Source: Methanosarcina barkeri (GTDB lineage: Archaea > Halobacteriota > Methanosarcinia > Methanosarcinales > Methanosarcinaceae). From it: a DNA stretch of 64,000 nt. Where the stretch lies: contig CALCXE010000314.1 in NCBI GenBank assembly GCA_937906725.1, positions 16,785 to 80,784 of the forward strand, given 5' to 3'. A model generated the notes under the pieces. That model saw only the letters and a program-made list of their open reading frames with translations. It was not told where the DNA came from and searched no databases. A program made the position numbers and the translations under genes. Of the stretch, positions 55,670 through 64,000 are shown piece by piece (within the stretch, counting starts at the first letter, position 1; each line of letters starts with the position of its first letter).

Positions 55670-55925
55670 CAGTTAAACAAAAATTAATTAATTTAACAAA
55701 AATTAATTAATTTAACAAAGGTAAATTAGTTTAACAAAGATAAATTAGCTGAACAAAAGGGTAATTAGTTGAACTAGAGGGCAATTCTTTGAACAAAAGG
55801 TAATTAGTTGAATTAAAAGGTAATTAGCTAAATTAAAAGGTAATTAGCTGAATTAAAAGGTAATTGGCTGAATTAAAGAGTAATTAGCTGAACAAAAGGG
55901 TAATTAGCTGAATTAAAGAGGAATT
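55670..55925. repeat. ~20-nt degenerate tandem repeat (TAATTAGCTGAATTAAAAGG), about 13 copies
   Basis: Head-to-tail units with a gradient of divergence. Confidence 0.88.
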
Positions 55926-55994
55926 GAAGCTTGAATAGTGAGAACGTTTCAATAAGCTTTTCCTGTAAATCATCTAATGTTTAAATTATTTTTA

Positions 55995-57270
55995 AAGTAT
56001 TATCAGGAAACAGTCAGATAATCGTTTTTCAGAAGGAGTAAGTTCTGTTTTTCAGCAATACGTTTGTAAACACGTCTTTATTTTCAGATATGACTTCTTA
56101 TTCCGTTTTACTCTTTCCCCATTTCTTTTCTGAGTTCTATATAGTCTCTCTCAACTTCTTCCAGTTCGTGTTTCATCTTATATCACCATTTTTGAGCACA
56201 AATTTAGAGTTTATACTTAATGAGGCAGTTTAGGAGATCAAGTAGTGTAGAAGTTCTAATCGAGGAAGATACAGAACGGATTTTTTTCCGGGAGTGTGTG
56301 TCCAAGTTATAGGAGGTATCACTGTTCTGTTCTTCCTTTCCATTGGTCCTGAAGAGTTCAAAAGCCTATGTTTGAAACCTGTTGCCCTAATGTTCTAAAG
56401 CTATGTAGTAAATTTTTCAGTTTTGATCCCATAGAGTGATTCACTGAGTGGTCTATTTGCCAGCATTTGTTCAGGAGGAACTTTGGCTATTGAACTCTAC
56501 AGTCCACATTTATTGATCTTTTTCATATTCTTTTTGTCTGTTTATAGCACTCTCCTTTTTTTGAGTTCATATAAACCAAACGTTGAAGCCAGTTTTTTCC
56601 GAAACATCTCAAACCTGCATTTTGCAAGAATCGAAGCAGGAGGAATGGAACGGAACCGTTACCTGCTACATTTCAACGCGCTCAATTTTTCTATCACCTG
56701 GCAAACCTTCAAGCGTTCATTTAAGCTGTTGAATACTCAATTCCGAGATTTCGGAATACATAGAAACTTTTATAAAGTTCTAAAATATTCCAGTGTTATA
56801 AATTTGCTGTAAATTAGAAATCAAATTTTAGAGTACTGGTTGTGGTCTGTTCTTTGTATATGGCATTTTCTCATATTTTGATTTTACAGAAATTGGCACA
56901 CTTCTCGGATATTTATCTCACAGCTCAGCTTTTAACCGCTTTCTAAGGTCCATACCTACTAACTTCACATTTATGCATTTATGTAATATCTTACAGACAG
57001 TTTTTTAAGAGGCATACAAAAAGATAAGTTAATCTCTCTCCGTTTCAATAACTTCCATTTTCACCTCCATTTCCCAAGAAATAGGCTATATTGTTCAGCT
57101 TGAACTCGCCAGGTTCTTTAATACCTGTAATGATGTTCTTTGGTTACAGTCAAAACAGTCTCCAAAAGTATCCATTAAAAAGTCACCTACGGGCAATATG
57201 GATTTTTGGCCTGTTTTCCAGCGTGTTCAGTGCTCTATCTACTTTTTGATATTCTTATTATATTGGCATA
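55995..57270 (-). pseudogene. Heavily decayed gene(s) of unknown family
   Basis: Strong GGAGGTG RBS and ATG near 57059, followed by protein-like stretches broken by many stops. Confidence 0.45.
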
Positions 57271-57332
57271 ATATATTTTGTCTTACCAATCTTTACTATA
57301 TATGTGAAATAAACTGGATAGTATATATAATT

Positions 57333-57346
57333 TTCGGATAACCGAA
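57333..57346. promoter_or_regulatory. Candidate DtxR-family operator TTCGG-ATAA-CCGAA
   Basis: Palindrome beside a TATA-like element; similar boxes lie upstream of the feo operon. Confidence 0.55.
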
Positions 57347-57847
57347 TATTATGCTTAATATAAAACATTGTTTGAGTGTATAATAACATTTGTAAAACAG
57401 ATTATTATTTGTATATGCGAAAAAAAACTCTACTTTGTTTTTTGTTCAAGATCTTAAAGACTCTACGAATTATTCTGAAATAAAGTCCGGTCAGAGATCT
57501 GAAAACCATTCGGGAAGGAAAATCAGTTAATTAAGGACGCAAGTCTCTTTCCTCTACAGCCATAGACTGGTGGGTGGAAGATAAAAGCTGTCACCTTCAC
57601 CTAACGAGTTTGATGAAGTATTCTATATTTTCTATTGAAACAATTAACGTTAAAAATTATGATAAAATATTAAAGTCCGATACTAGGAGTGAGTTATTGA
57701 GAATCATATGCATGAGAACCTATGCATTTATCTTAAATGCATGAGACATACACATTTTTACACACTTTTTCTAAATTGATCATTACGAATTGGTCATTCT
57801 GAATTGATTAAAACTCATGGACGCGATCAAATCTAATCAAAATAATT

Positions 57848-57949
57848 TGAGCTCATCCCAAAACCAATTTCACTCCCAAATCTATTATATTATTTTCATG
57901 TTGGAAATTTTAGCGAGTATTCAAAATTCAAGGTTTTGGGATAGGCTCA
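57848..57949. mobile_element. MITE (~102 bp)
   Basis: Terminal inverted repeats TGAGCTCATCCCAAAACC / GGTTTTGGGATAGGCTCA. Confidence 0.75.
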
Positions 57950-58025
57950 CTATATAGACACAACCAAATCTCATCAAAATCTTATATAATTTCTATGAAA
58001 TGTTAAGTCCTGTGAACGTGCTCGA

Positions 58026-58269
58026 TTAAGAAAAGATGATTCCGTGATGTGTCAAAATAATAGTGAGTAATCGTTGATGATGGACCCTTGCAAGAAGCAG
58101 AATATAAATTGATCCGTAAAAGTAAGCGATAATAACAGGCAGCAGATATGTAAGCACAGGATTTGAAACCAAAAATATATCTGGTATTGTAATTACTAAA
58201 AAAAGAGTACGCAAAAATGTTTGTTGTGATCAAGTATTACAGTGTCGACGTTTTGAGCCCGGTTGTCAT
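58026..58269 (-). pseudogene. Truncated, frameshifted MptD-like ECF transporter S-component
   Basis: Joined frames read MTTGLKT...LITTNIF...NPVLTYLLPVIIAYFYGSIYILLLARV, resembling the family N-terminus as I recall it. Confidence 0.5.
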
Positions 58270-58302
58270 ATAAACTATTCGGCACTCTCCGGTTTTTATT
58301 CC

Positions 58303-58629
58303 TCAGGAGATTTCAGACACAACTGTCTGTTCATGACATATCCTTTTTCCCTTCTCGGTCAGTTTGTAAACCGTACATGTTGAAATAGTAGATTTTTCTA
58401 AAAACCCGAAACATCCATAATTTTCGCATGAATCGGAACAGACAGAAGAGAGAAGGGAGTTATTGTCCTGAACCTTCTCAACATGACCCATTCTTTCCAT
58501 TATTTCGAGCAAACCTTTAAGCTGTTGCGTACTCATTTTCAGATGTCTCGATATCTCACTCAAAGATATATTGCCTTTTTTTTCTACTTCTGCTATCTGT
58601 TTTAACACGTACATGTATCCCAGTACCAT
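58303..58629 (-). CDS. FeoC-like winged-helix, Cys-containing protein
   Basis: wHTH followed by CSDSCENYGC; GGAGG RBS; downstream of feoB. Confidence 0.78.
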   Translation of the reverse strand: MVLGYMYVLKQIAEVEKKGNISLSEISRHLKMSTQQLKGLLEIMERMGHVEKVQDNNSLLSSVCSDSCENYGCFGFLEKSTISTCTVYKLTEKGKRICHEQTVVSEIS

Positions 58630-58853
58630 TGATCTATTTCCTCCTCATTGCTTATAAGTTTGAGTTTATTTTCCCAGCTCATGTATATGCAAGAAATATC
58701 AAGCCAAGGTACAGAGCAGGTTTGAAATCTTCAATCGGCGCCCATTCCTCAAATTCTTCTGCAAATACCACCCAGACATCGATAATTAATCAATAAACCA
58801 GGTTTCCTCAGCAGCCCCGAAAATTAAGGTTACAGAGGAATCTTTTTAGTTTT

Positions 58854-59066
58854 TTAGTTATTTTTGCCTTTTTTGTTGGACGATAGGCTGCTGCAGGGAA
58901 TAATATAATCGTTGTGACCACAATCATTTACATTACAACCTGCGCAGCCGATGCATTGACCTTTCTTCGCTTTTCTGATTGTATACCGTATGGTAAATAC
59001 TACAAAGATTAGAAGGAGTGTACCTATCAGGATTGTTGCAGCATTGGCAATTATCCAGGCAATCAC
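58854..59066 (-). CDS. FeoB-associated Cys-rich membrane protein
   Basis: Single TM helix then KKG-C-x-GC-x-GC; start overlaps the feoB stop. Confidence 0.85.
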   Translation of the reverse strand: MIAWIIANAATILIGTLLLIFVVFTIRYTIRKAKKGQCIGCAGCNVNDCGHNDYIIPCSSLSSNKKGKNN

Positions 59067-61255
59067 TCACTCACCCCCGCAGTTACCGATAAGTTGGAAT
59101 CGGATTTTTCAATATCATGTTGTTTTGGTGCAGGCCTGAATAACATAAAGAGAAGTACGGCAAGAAGAATAAACGCTACCGCTGTTCCTGCGGTAAAACT
59201 GCCACCGCTGAAGAACGTGCCAAGCTGATAAAAAATCAGCGCAATAACATAAGCAAATACGCACTCGTAACCTATCGCGAATACCGTCCATTTCCAGTTG
59301 TTCATTTCGGTACGGATAGTATTCATCGCCGCAAAGCAGGGGGCGCAAAGCAAGTTGAAGATAAGGAAGGAGTAAGCAGCAATTCCACTTGAAAATAGGG
59401 CCGCAATCGGAGACAATCCTCCAACATTCGCAGAATCAACCATCTCAAGAGCCAAATCTTCATTACCAATGGATGTGAGAACGCCAAATACTCCTACAAC
59501 CTGTTCTTTGGCTGCCAGACCCATAATGGATGCCACAGTGGTTTCCCATCGACCGAATCCAAGGGGAGCGAAGATTAACGCTAAAGAATTGCCAATGTTA
59601 TGTAGCACGCTGTTGTTAAGGTTGTCTACTAATCCAAAGGTTCCGTTTACGAAGCCAAAACTGGCGCCAAACCATACGAGAATGCTTGCTAATGTATATA
59701 CTGTGAAAGCTTTTTTAACAAATGAGCTACCGCGTTCAAACATGCTTCGGATGACGTTACCGGCCATTGGGATATGGTAAGCGGGTAATTCTATAACAAA
59801 CGGGGATGACTCACCCATGAACAACTTTGTCTTTTTTAAAATAATACCGGATATAACCACTGCGCCTATACCAAGAAAGTAAGCAGAAGGTGCTACCCAC
59901 CATGTACCGCCGAATACAGCGCTGGAAATAAGTGCGATAAGAGGCAGTTTTGCACCGCAGGGCATGAAAGTGGTTGTCATAATCGTCATACGTCGGTCAT
60001 TTTGTTGCTCAATAGTTCTTGCAGCCATAATGCCAGGAACCCCGCAACCCGTGCCGATAAGCAATGGAATGAAACTTTTTCCCGACAAACCTATTTTCCT
60101 GAAAATGCGGTCCATCAAGAAGGCGATACGCGCCATGTAGCCGCTGTCTTCCAGAATAGCAAGAAAGAAAAACAGGATAAGCATTTGCGGCAAAAATCCA
60201 ATAATTGCGCCGAGGCCTCCTACGATGCCGTCCACAATAAGGCCGATCATCCATTCTGCTGTTCCGATTGATGTAAGCCAATCTGCAAGTGGTGCTTGTA
60301 TCCATTCACCAACAAACATATCATTGGTAAAATCCGTAACATATGATCCGACAGTTGAAACTGACACATAATAAACCAAAAACATAATTGCAGCAAATAT
60401 CGGAAGACCAAGCCAGCGACTTGTAACAACGGAATCAATTTTGTCGGAGAAGGTCATGCCTGAACGGGACTTCTTTACGTAGGAGCGTACTACATCGGAT
60501 ATATATTCATAACTTTCTGATGCGATAATGGATGCGCTGTTATCGTCAAGCTCTTCTTCGCAGGCAAGGATGATTTGCTCGATTTTTCCTTTTATAACAT
60601 CGGATAGCTTGATTCGCTCTAGTACCTTTTCATCCCGTTCAAAAAACTTTATGGAATACCAGCGAAGATTTTCATCTGGCACATTATTTTTGATTAATTC
60701 GGCAATATTGGTCAGAGCAAACTCTACCGGCTTCGAAAATTGACGTTTAAAAGTTCCCTTTTTTCCGGATTTTGCCAATTCAATCGCTTTTTTAGTAAGC
60801 TCTTCCAGGCCAGTCCCTTTTTGCGCGGATGTCTCAATAACCGGGCAACCTAGAGTTTCTGAGAGTTTTTTAATGTCAATTATATCTCCACTTTTGTTTA
60901 CAATATCGATCATATTAAGAGCGATCACTACTGGAATGCCCACTTCAAGTAACTGTGTAGTCAAGTAAAAATTTCGTTCAATATTTGACCCGTCAACAAT
61001 ATTGATAATTACATCCGGTTTTTCATTCACCAGATAATCTCGGCTTATAACTTCTTCCAATGTATATGGAGAAAGAGAATAAATACCCGGCAAATCGATT
61101 ATCGTTACATCTTTATATTTTTTAAGCCTGCCTTCCTTTTTATCAACCGTAACGCCCGGCCAGTTACCGACGCGCTGCGATGATCCTGTAAGGGCATTGA
61201 ACATTGTGGTCTTGCCGGAATTCGGATTTCCGGCAAGCGCTATTGTGACTGGCAA
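59063..61255 (-). CDS. feoB: Ferrous iron transporter B
   Basis: GNPNSGKT, VGNWPGVTV, DLPG and NMID GTPase motifs plus membrane domain. Confidence 0.97.
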   Translation of the reverse strand: MPVTIALAGNPNSGKTTMFNALTGSSQRVGNWPGVTVDKKEGRLKKYKDVTIIDLPGIYSLSPYTLEEVISRDYLVNEKPDVIINIVDGSNIERNFYLTTQLLEVGIPVVIALNMIDIVNKSGDIIDIKKLSETLGCPVIETSAQKGTGLEELTKKAIELAKSGKKGTFKRQFSKPVEFALTNIAELIKNNVPDENLRWYSIKFFERDEKVLERIKLSDVIKGKIEQIILACEEELDDNSASIIASESYEYISDVVRSYVKKSRSGMTFSDKIDSVVTSRWLGLPIFAAIMFLVYYVSVSTVGSYVTDFTNDMFVGEWIQAPLADWLTSIGTAEWMIGLIVDGIVGGLGAIIGFLPQMLILFFFLAILEDSGYMARIAFLMDRIFRKIGLSGKSFIPLLIGTGCGVPGIMAARTIEQQNDRRMTIMTTTFMPCGAKLPLIALISSAVFGGTWWVAPSAYFLGIGAVVISGIILKKTKLFMGESSPFVIELPAYHIPMAGNVIRSMFERGSSFVKKAFTVYTLASILVWFGASFGFVNGTFGLVDNLNNSVLHNIGNSLALIFAPLGFGRWETTVASIMGLAAKEQVVGVFGVLTSIGNEDLALEMVDSANVGGLSPIAALFSSGIAAYSFLIFNLLCAPCFAAMNTIRTEMNNWKWTVFAIGYECVFAYVIALIFYQLGTFFSGGSFTAGTAVAFILLAVLLFMLFRPAPKQHDIEKSDSNLSVTAGVSE

Positions 61256-61340
61256 ACTTTATGCCTCCTTTAAGAATCTAAAGTTAGTTTCCTTAACCTC
61301 GTGCGCTAAAATTGGAAATTTCATTCTCATTTTTAGCGTG

Positions 61341-61562
61341 TTATTTTACTTCTATCATTTCCGCGTCAGTTTTCCGCAAAGATAACTCATAACCTCTTAC
61401 TTTCACTTCAACCGGGTCTCCAAGCGGAGCTACCTTACGTACAAAAATCTCCACTCCTTTTGTAATGCCCATATCCATTATCCTGTGCTTGAGAGCGCCT
61501 TCCCCACAAATTTTTATTACAGTGACGGTTTGCCCACATGGTACTTCTCTCAACGATGCCAT
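61341..61562 (-). CDS. feoA: FeoA family protein
   Basis: MDMG...APLGDP...LSLRK; the start may be a few codons further upstream. Confidence 0.92.
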   Translation of the reverse strand: MASLREVPCGQTVTVIKICGEGALKHRIMDMGITKGVEIFVRKVAPLGDPVEVKVRGYELSLRKTDAEMIEVK

Positions 61563-61610
61563 ATTCATAAACCTCTTTTTTAGCAATATTTTGAAATTTT
61601 TGAAATATTT

Positions 61611-61823
61611 TTATACCATAATTTTTTTAGCCAATTCTTCACTGATTGCAATTCGACTATCTTTTATGCTTACAATCACATTACCGAATGTTTTTGACAG
61701 TACGCATACTTCACTACCAGCGGTGAAGCCAAGATTTTCGAGATGATTTCTTATTTTCTCCTGTCCCCAAAACGCTTTGATATGATTTGATTCTCCAATC
61801 TGTGCCAGTACTAACGGCATCAT
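61611..61823 (-). CDS. feoA: FeoA family protein
   Basis: MPL...HLENLGF...SRIAISEELAKKIMV. Confidence 0.88.
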   Translation of the reverse strand: MMPLVLAQIGESNHIKAFWGQEKIRNHLENLGFTAGSEVCVLSKTFGNVIVSIKDSRIAISEELAKKIMV

Positions 61824-62149
61824 TACAAATTCCTCCCGTGTTGATATGATAAGTAAAGTGAGCCTTGATTCGTAAGAGGCATTTGTGTGGCCAAATTAAA
61901 ACCCTCCAGCTGTTCAACAACTATAATTTCAGCTTCCTGCTTCCTGAGAGATAGGTTTTCTTTCAACTTAATATCAACAGAGTCTCCCAATAGGGCTTTT
62001 TTGGCTGCGCTCAGGATTGCTCCTGAAACCATGCCTATATCAAGAGGCTGCTTGCGAGAATTTACCTTACCTTTTTCTTTTATCCGGGTAATGCGAGCTC
62101 TCTGACCTATTTCCGGTATGTTGAGGATTTTATCGATGATTTCTGTCAC
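61823..62149 (-). CDS. Divergent, possibly degenerate FeoA protein
   Basis: DIGM...ALLGDS...LSLRKQEA with eroded motifs and an extension containing a TQMPL start relic. Confidence 0.6.
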   Translation of the reverse strand: MTEIIDKILNIPEIGQRARITRIKEKGKVNSRKQPLDIGMVSGAILSAAKKALLGDSVDIKLKENLSLRKQEAEIIVVEQLEGFNLATQMPLTNQGSLYLSYQHGRNL

Positions 62150-62169
62150 CTTTGTACCACCACAATATT

Positions 62170-62240
62170 TTCGGATATACTAATTTTTTGCTTGGCCATG
62201 AAATGTAACAGTAACTATTTATAGTTTTTGTATATCCAAA
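62170..62240. promoter_or_regulatory. feo promoter with two candidate DtxR-family boxes flanking the TATA box
   Basis: TTCGG-ATAT-ACTAA (62170-62183) and TTTGT-ATAT-CCAAA (62227-62240) around a minus-strand TATAAATA. Confidence 0.55.
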
Positions 62241-62295
62241 AATATTATGAATAGCTGAAAAAATGATAATTTAATAAAAATATTTTCAAGAAAGA

Positions 62296-62368
62296 TGTCG
62301 TTAGTAAAAAAGTCGTTAGTAAAAATATCGTTAGTAAAAATATCGTTAGTAAAATTGTTGTTAGTAAA
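62296..62368. repeat. 15-nt tandem repeat (TATCGTTAGTAAAAA), 5 copies
   Basis: Head-to-tail units upstream of the feo promoter. Confidence 0.88.
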
Positions 62369-62530
62369 CAGATACGAAGTTCCTTGTCGATAATCACTTA
62401 CATGAACACGGATGTCGTAAGTCGGATTTATAGGGTCTATATTAATTCAATGATCTGCAAATATAACTTAAGTAACGGAAAGTAAAAAAATTCGATAACT
62501 GGCAAGCTTATGGAATAGTATAAATTGTCC

Positions 62531-62947
62531 TTAAACCGTAATTACACCTATCATTATTGGTGTTTCATTATCCCAGTATATATCTATAATGGCTGTACTC
62601 CAACGATGCAAAGATATTGAAGCTTTTTCTTCTGCTACTCCGTTATCTAATACAACTTTGAATGTATACTTTTTCTGATCAAAAGAGTTTTTAAGATTAA
62701 ACGGTTTTGTTTTTGAGACTGACTCATCTGGAAGGAGCTTATATGATTCCTTAAATACGGATTCATTATGCGAATTGAATATTTCAACCGATACTTCGTG
62801 GGTTCCTGCATCGTGGTTTTTCAACTCAAAAAAATTCTCCTCTGCCGGACCAACAAGAAGAAATGTTAACAAATAATAACCAGCGATTGCAGTTAAGGGT
62901 ATGAACAATAGAGACAGAAGTAATTTTTTATAATTCTGCATTTGCAC
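62531..62947 (-). CDS. Hypothetical membrane-anchored protein
   Basis: N-terminal TM helix, beta-rich body, GGAG RBS. Confidence 0.78.
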   Translation of the reverse strand: MQMQNYKKLLLSLLFIPLTAIAGYYLLTFLLVGPAEENFFELKNHDAGTHEVSVEIFNSHNESVFKESYKLLPDESVSKTKPFNLKNSFDQKKYTFKVVLDNGVAEEKASISLHRWSTAIIDIYWDNETPIMIGVITV

Positions 62948-63046
62948 TCCTCTCCTTACGAAAGAATAAGAAAAGACCTAATTTCTTATTATATGGAAAT
63001 ATTTAGTTCAATTTAGAGTTCATTAAGATATGAGTTCAGCTTTGTG

Positions 63047-63200
63047 TTACTTTTTCCTTAGCTTTCATCCGTTATATAGGCAAATCAAGCTCCCTAATAA
63101 TCCAAAACCTGGAGCAGAGTCATTCTTATTTGATTTATATTCATTTGAGGTACTTCATTACCAGATTCGGAATCTTTACTGCTGAGTTGTTAATATATCC
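63047..63200 (-). pseudogene. Orphan PGF-CTERM-like sorting-signal remnant
   Basis: Translates as SNKNDSAPGFGLLGSLICLYNG*KLRKK*. Confidence 0.7.
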
Positions 63201-63421
63201 AGTGTTTTTTTCTCTTATTCTACAGGTTTGCTGAGTTCAGTCCAGGAGGCAAGGAATGTGCCAAGTTGCTTATTCCCAGGCTTCAATTTGCATGAATGTA
63301 AAATATAATCTTATACGAACTACTTTGGTTCTATATATGTTGAATGGAGATGGAAACCGATTGAGTATATGTAAAGGAAGACAAAATGTTATAATGTAAA
63401 TAACATGCCAAAACTATTCTG

Positions 63422-63880
63422 TTATTGCTCGAAATCTGAAGTTGCATATAGATTCTTTCTCATTAATAAATAAATGAAAATTAACATAATGTACCCACCA
63501 GCTATATTGAGAGAATAAGGAATAGTAATATTAAATAAGAAAGTAATTATTGTTATAAATAGCCACAGAATAAAGCCTATTAATGAGCTTTTTATACCAA
63601 TGATGTCACTATTTTTTTCAATTCTGTTCATATTCTTACTACATAATAAATAGTGTCCAAAAACTACAAAAAATAAAATAAGACCTGCCCCAAGCCATTG
63701 ATCTATTTGACCCCAATTCGGAGCCATAGTTATTTCATTGCCATTTACGACCGTCCTTTCTGAAAAAAATGACATTTTTACACTATATATAAATATGATC
63801 CAAGAATAAAATAATATAAGTCCAAATAAAATTCCGATTACATCCAGAGCTTTATTTAGAATCGAGGTTGTCTCTTTCAT
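63422..63880 (-). CDS. Hypothetical integral membrane protein (4 TM)
   Basis: Four hydrophobic segments; GAGG RBS. Confidence 0.8.
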   Translation of the reverse strand: MKETTSILNKALDVIGILFGLILFYSWIIFIYSVKMSFFSERTVVNGNEITMAPNWGQIDQWLGAGLILFFVVFGHYLLCSKNMNRIEKNSDIIGIKSSLIGFILWLFITIITFLFNITIPYSLNIAGGYIMLIFIYLLMRKNLYATSDFEQ

Positions 63881-64000
63881 ACAATGAAACCTCTCAATAA
63901 TTAAATTTGGGTTTATATGTTTAATTTCAACTGAATATTTTCAAAGGTGTACTATATAAATTGTAAAGTTTTTGACCAGATCATTGAACAATTCATGCAT

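Noticed and set aside
56483-56812. + strand 109-aa ORF, or a transposase remnant
   Set aside because: No DDE or other motif was recognised, and the coding-like relics are on the opposite strand.

Overview
This window looks like a Methanosarcina-type chromosome segment, judged from gene content and protein families. The left 39 kb holds the 3' part of an XPD/Rad3 helicase and a co-oriented minus-strand array of 12 secreted PKD-domain surface proteins plus one PKD-less beta-helix protein, interrupted by gltX. The head domains are NosD beta-helix, YVTN propeller, C1A protease and a TolB-like propeller. The array shows tandem duplication, 3'-end conversion and orphaned tail relics. The middle carries FAH-family, pyrK and pyrD genes and the siroheme/alternative heme cluster (hemC, hemL, hemB, hemA, sirC, ahbB, ahbA, ahbD). 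The right part has a 3.6 kb cargo flanked by a duplicated ahbD 5' end, a DtxR-family regulator, decayed genes and a mosaic feo operon. The most interesting unexplained signals are: three tandem 'RBS + signal peptide' units giving two intact signal-peptide-only upstream ORFs before the beta-helix gene; a structured ~155-nt GC-rich candidate ncRNA; an internally deleted IS200/IS605 tnpB element that keeps both end hairpins; relic copies of the gltX 3' end and ahbD 5' end; and candidate DtxR operators. No CRISPR array, rRNA, tRNA or reverse transcriptase was recognised. All calls were made by eye, without database searches.
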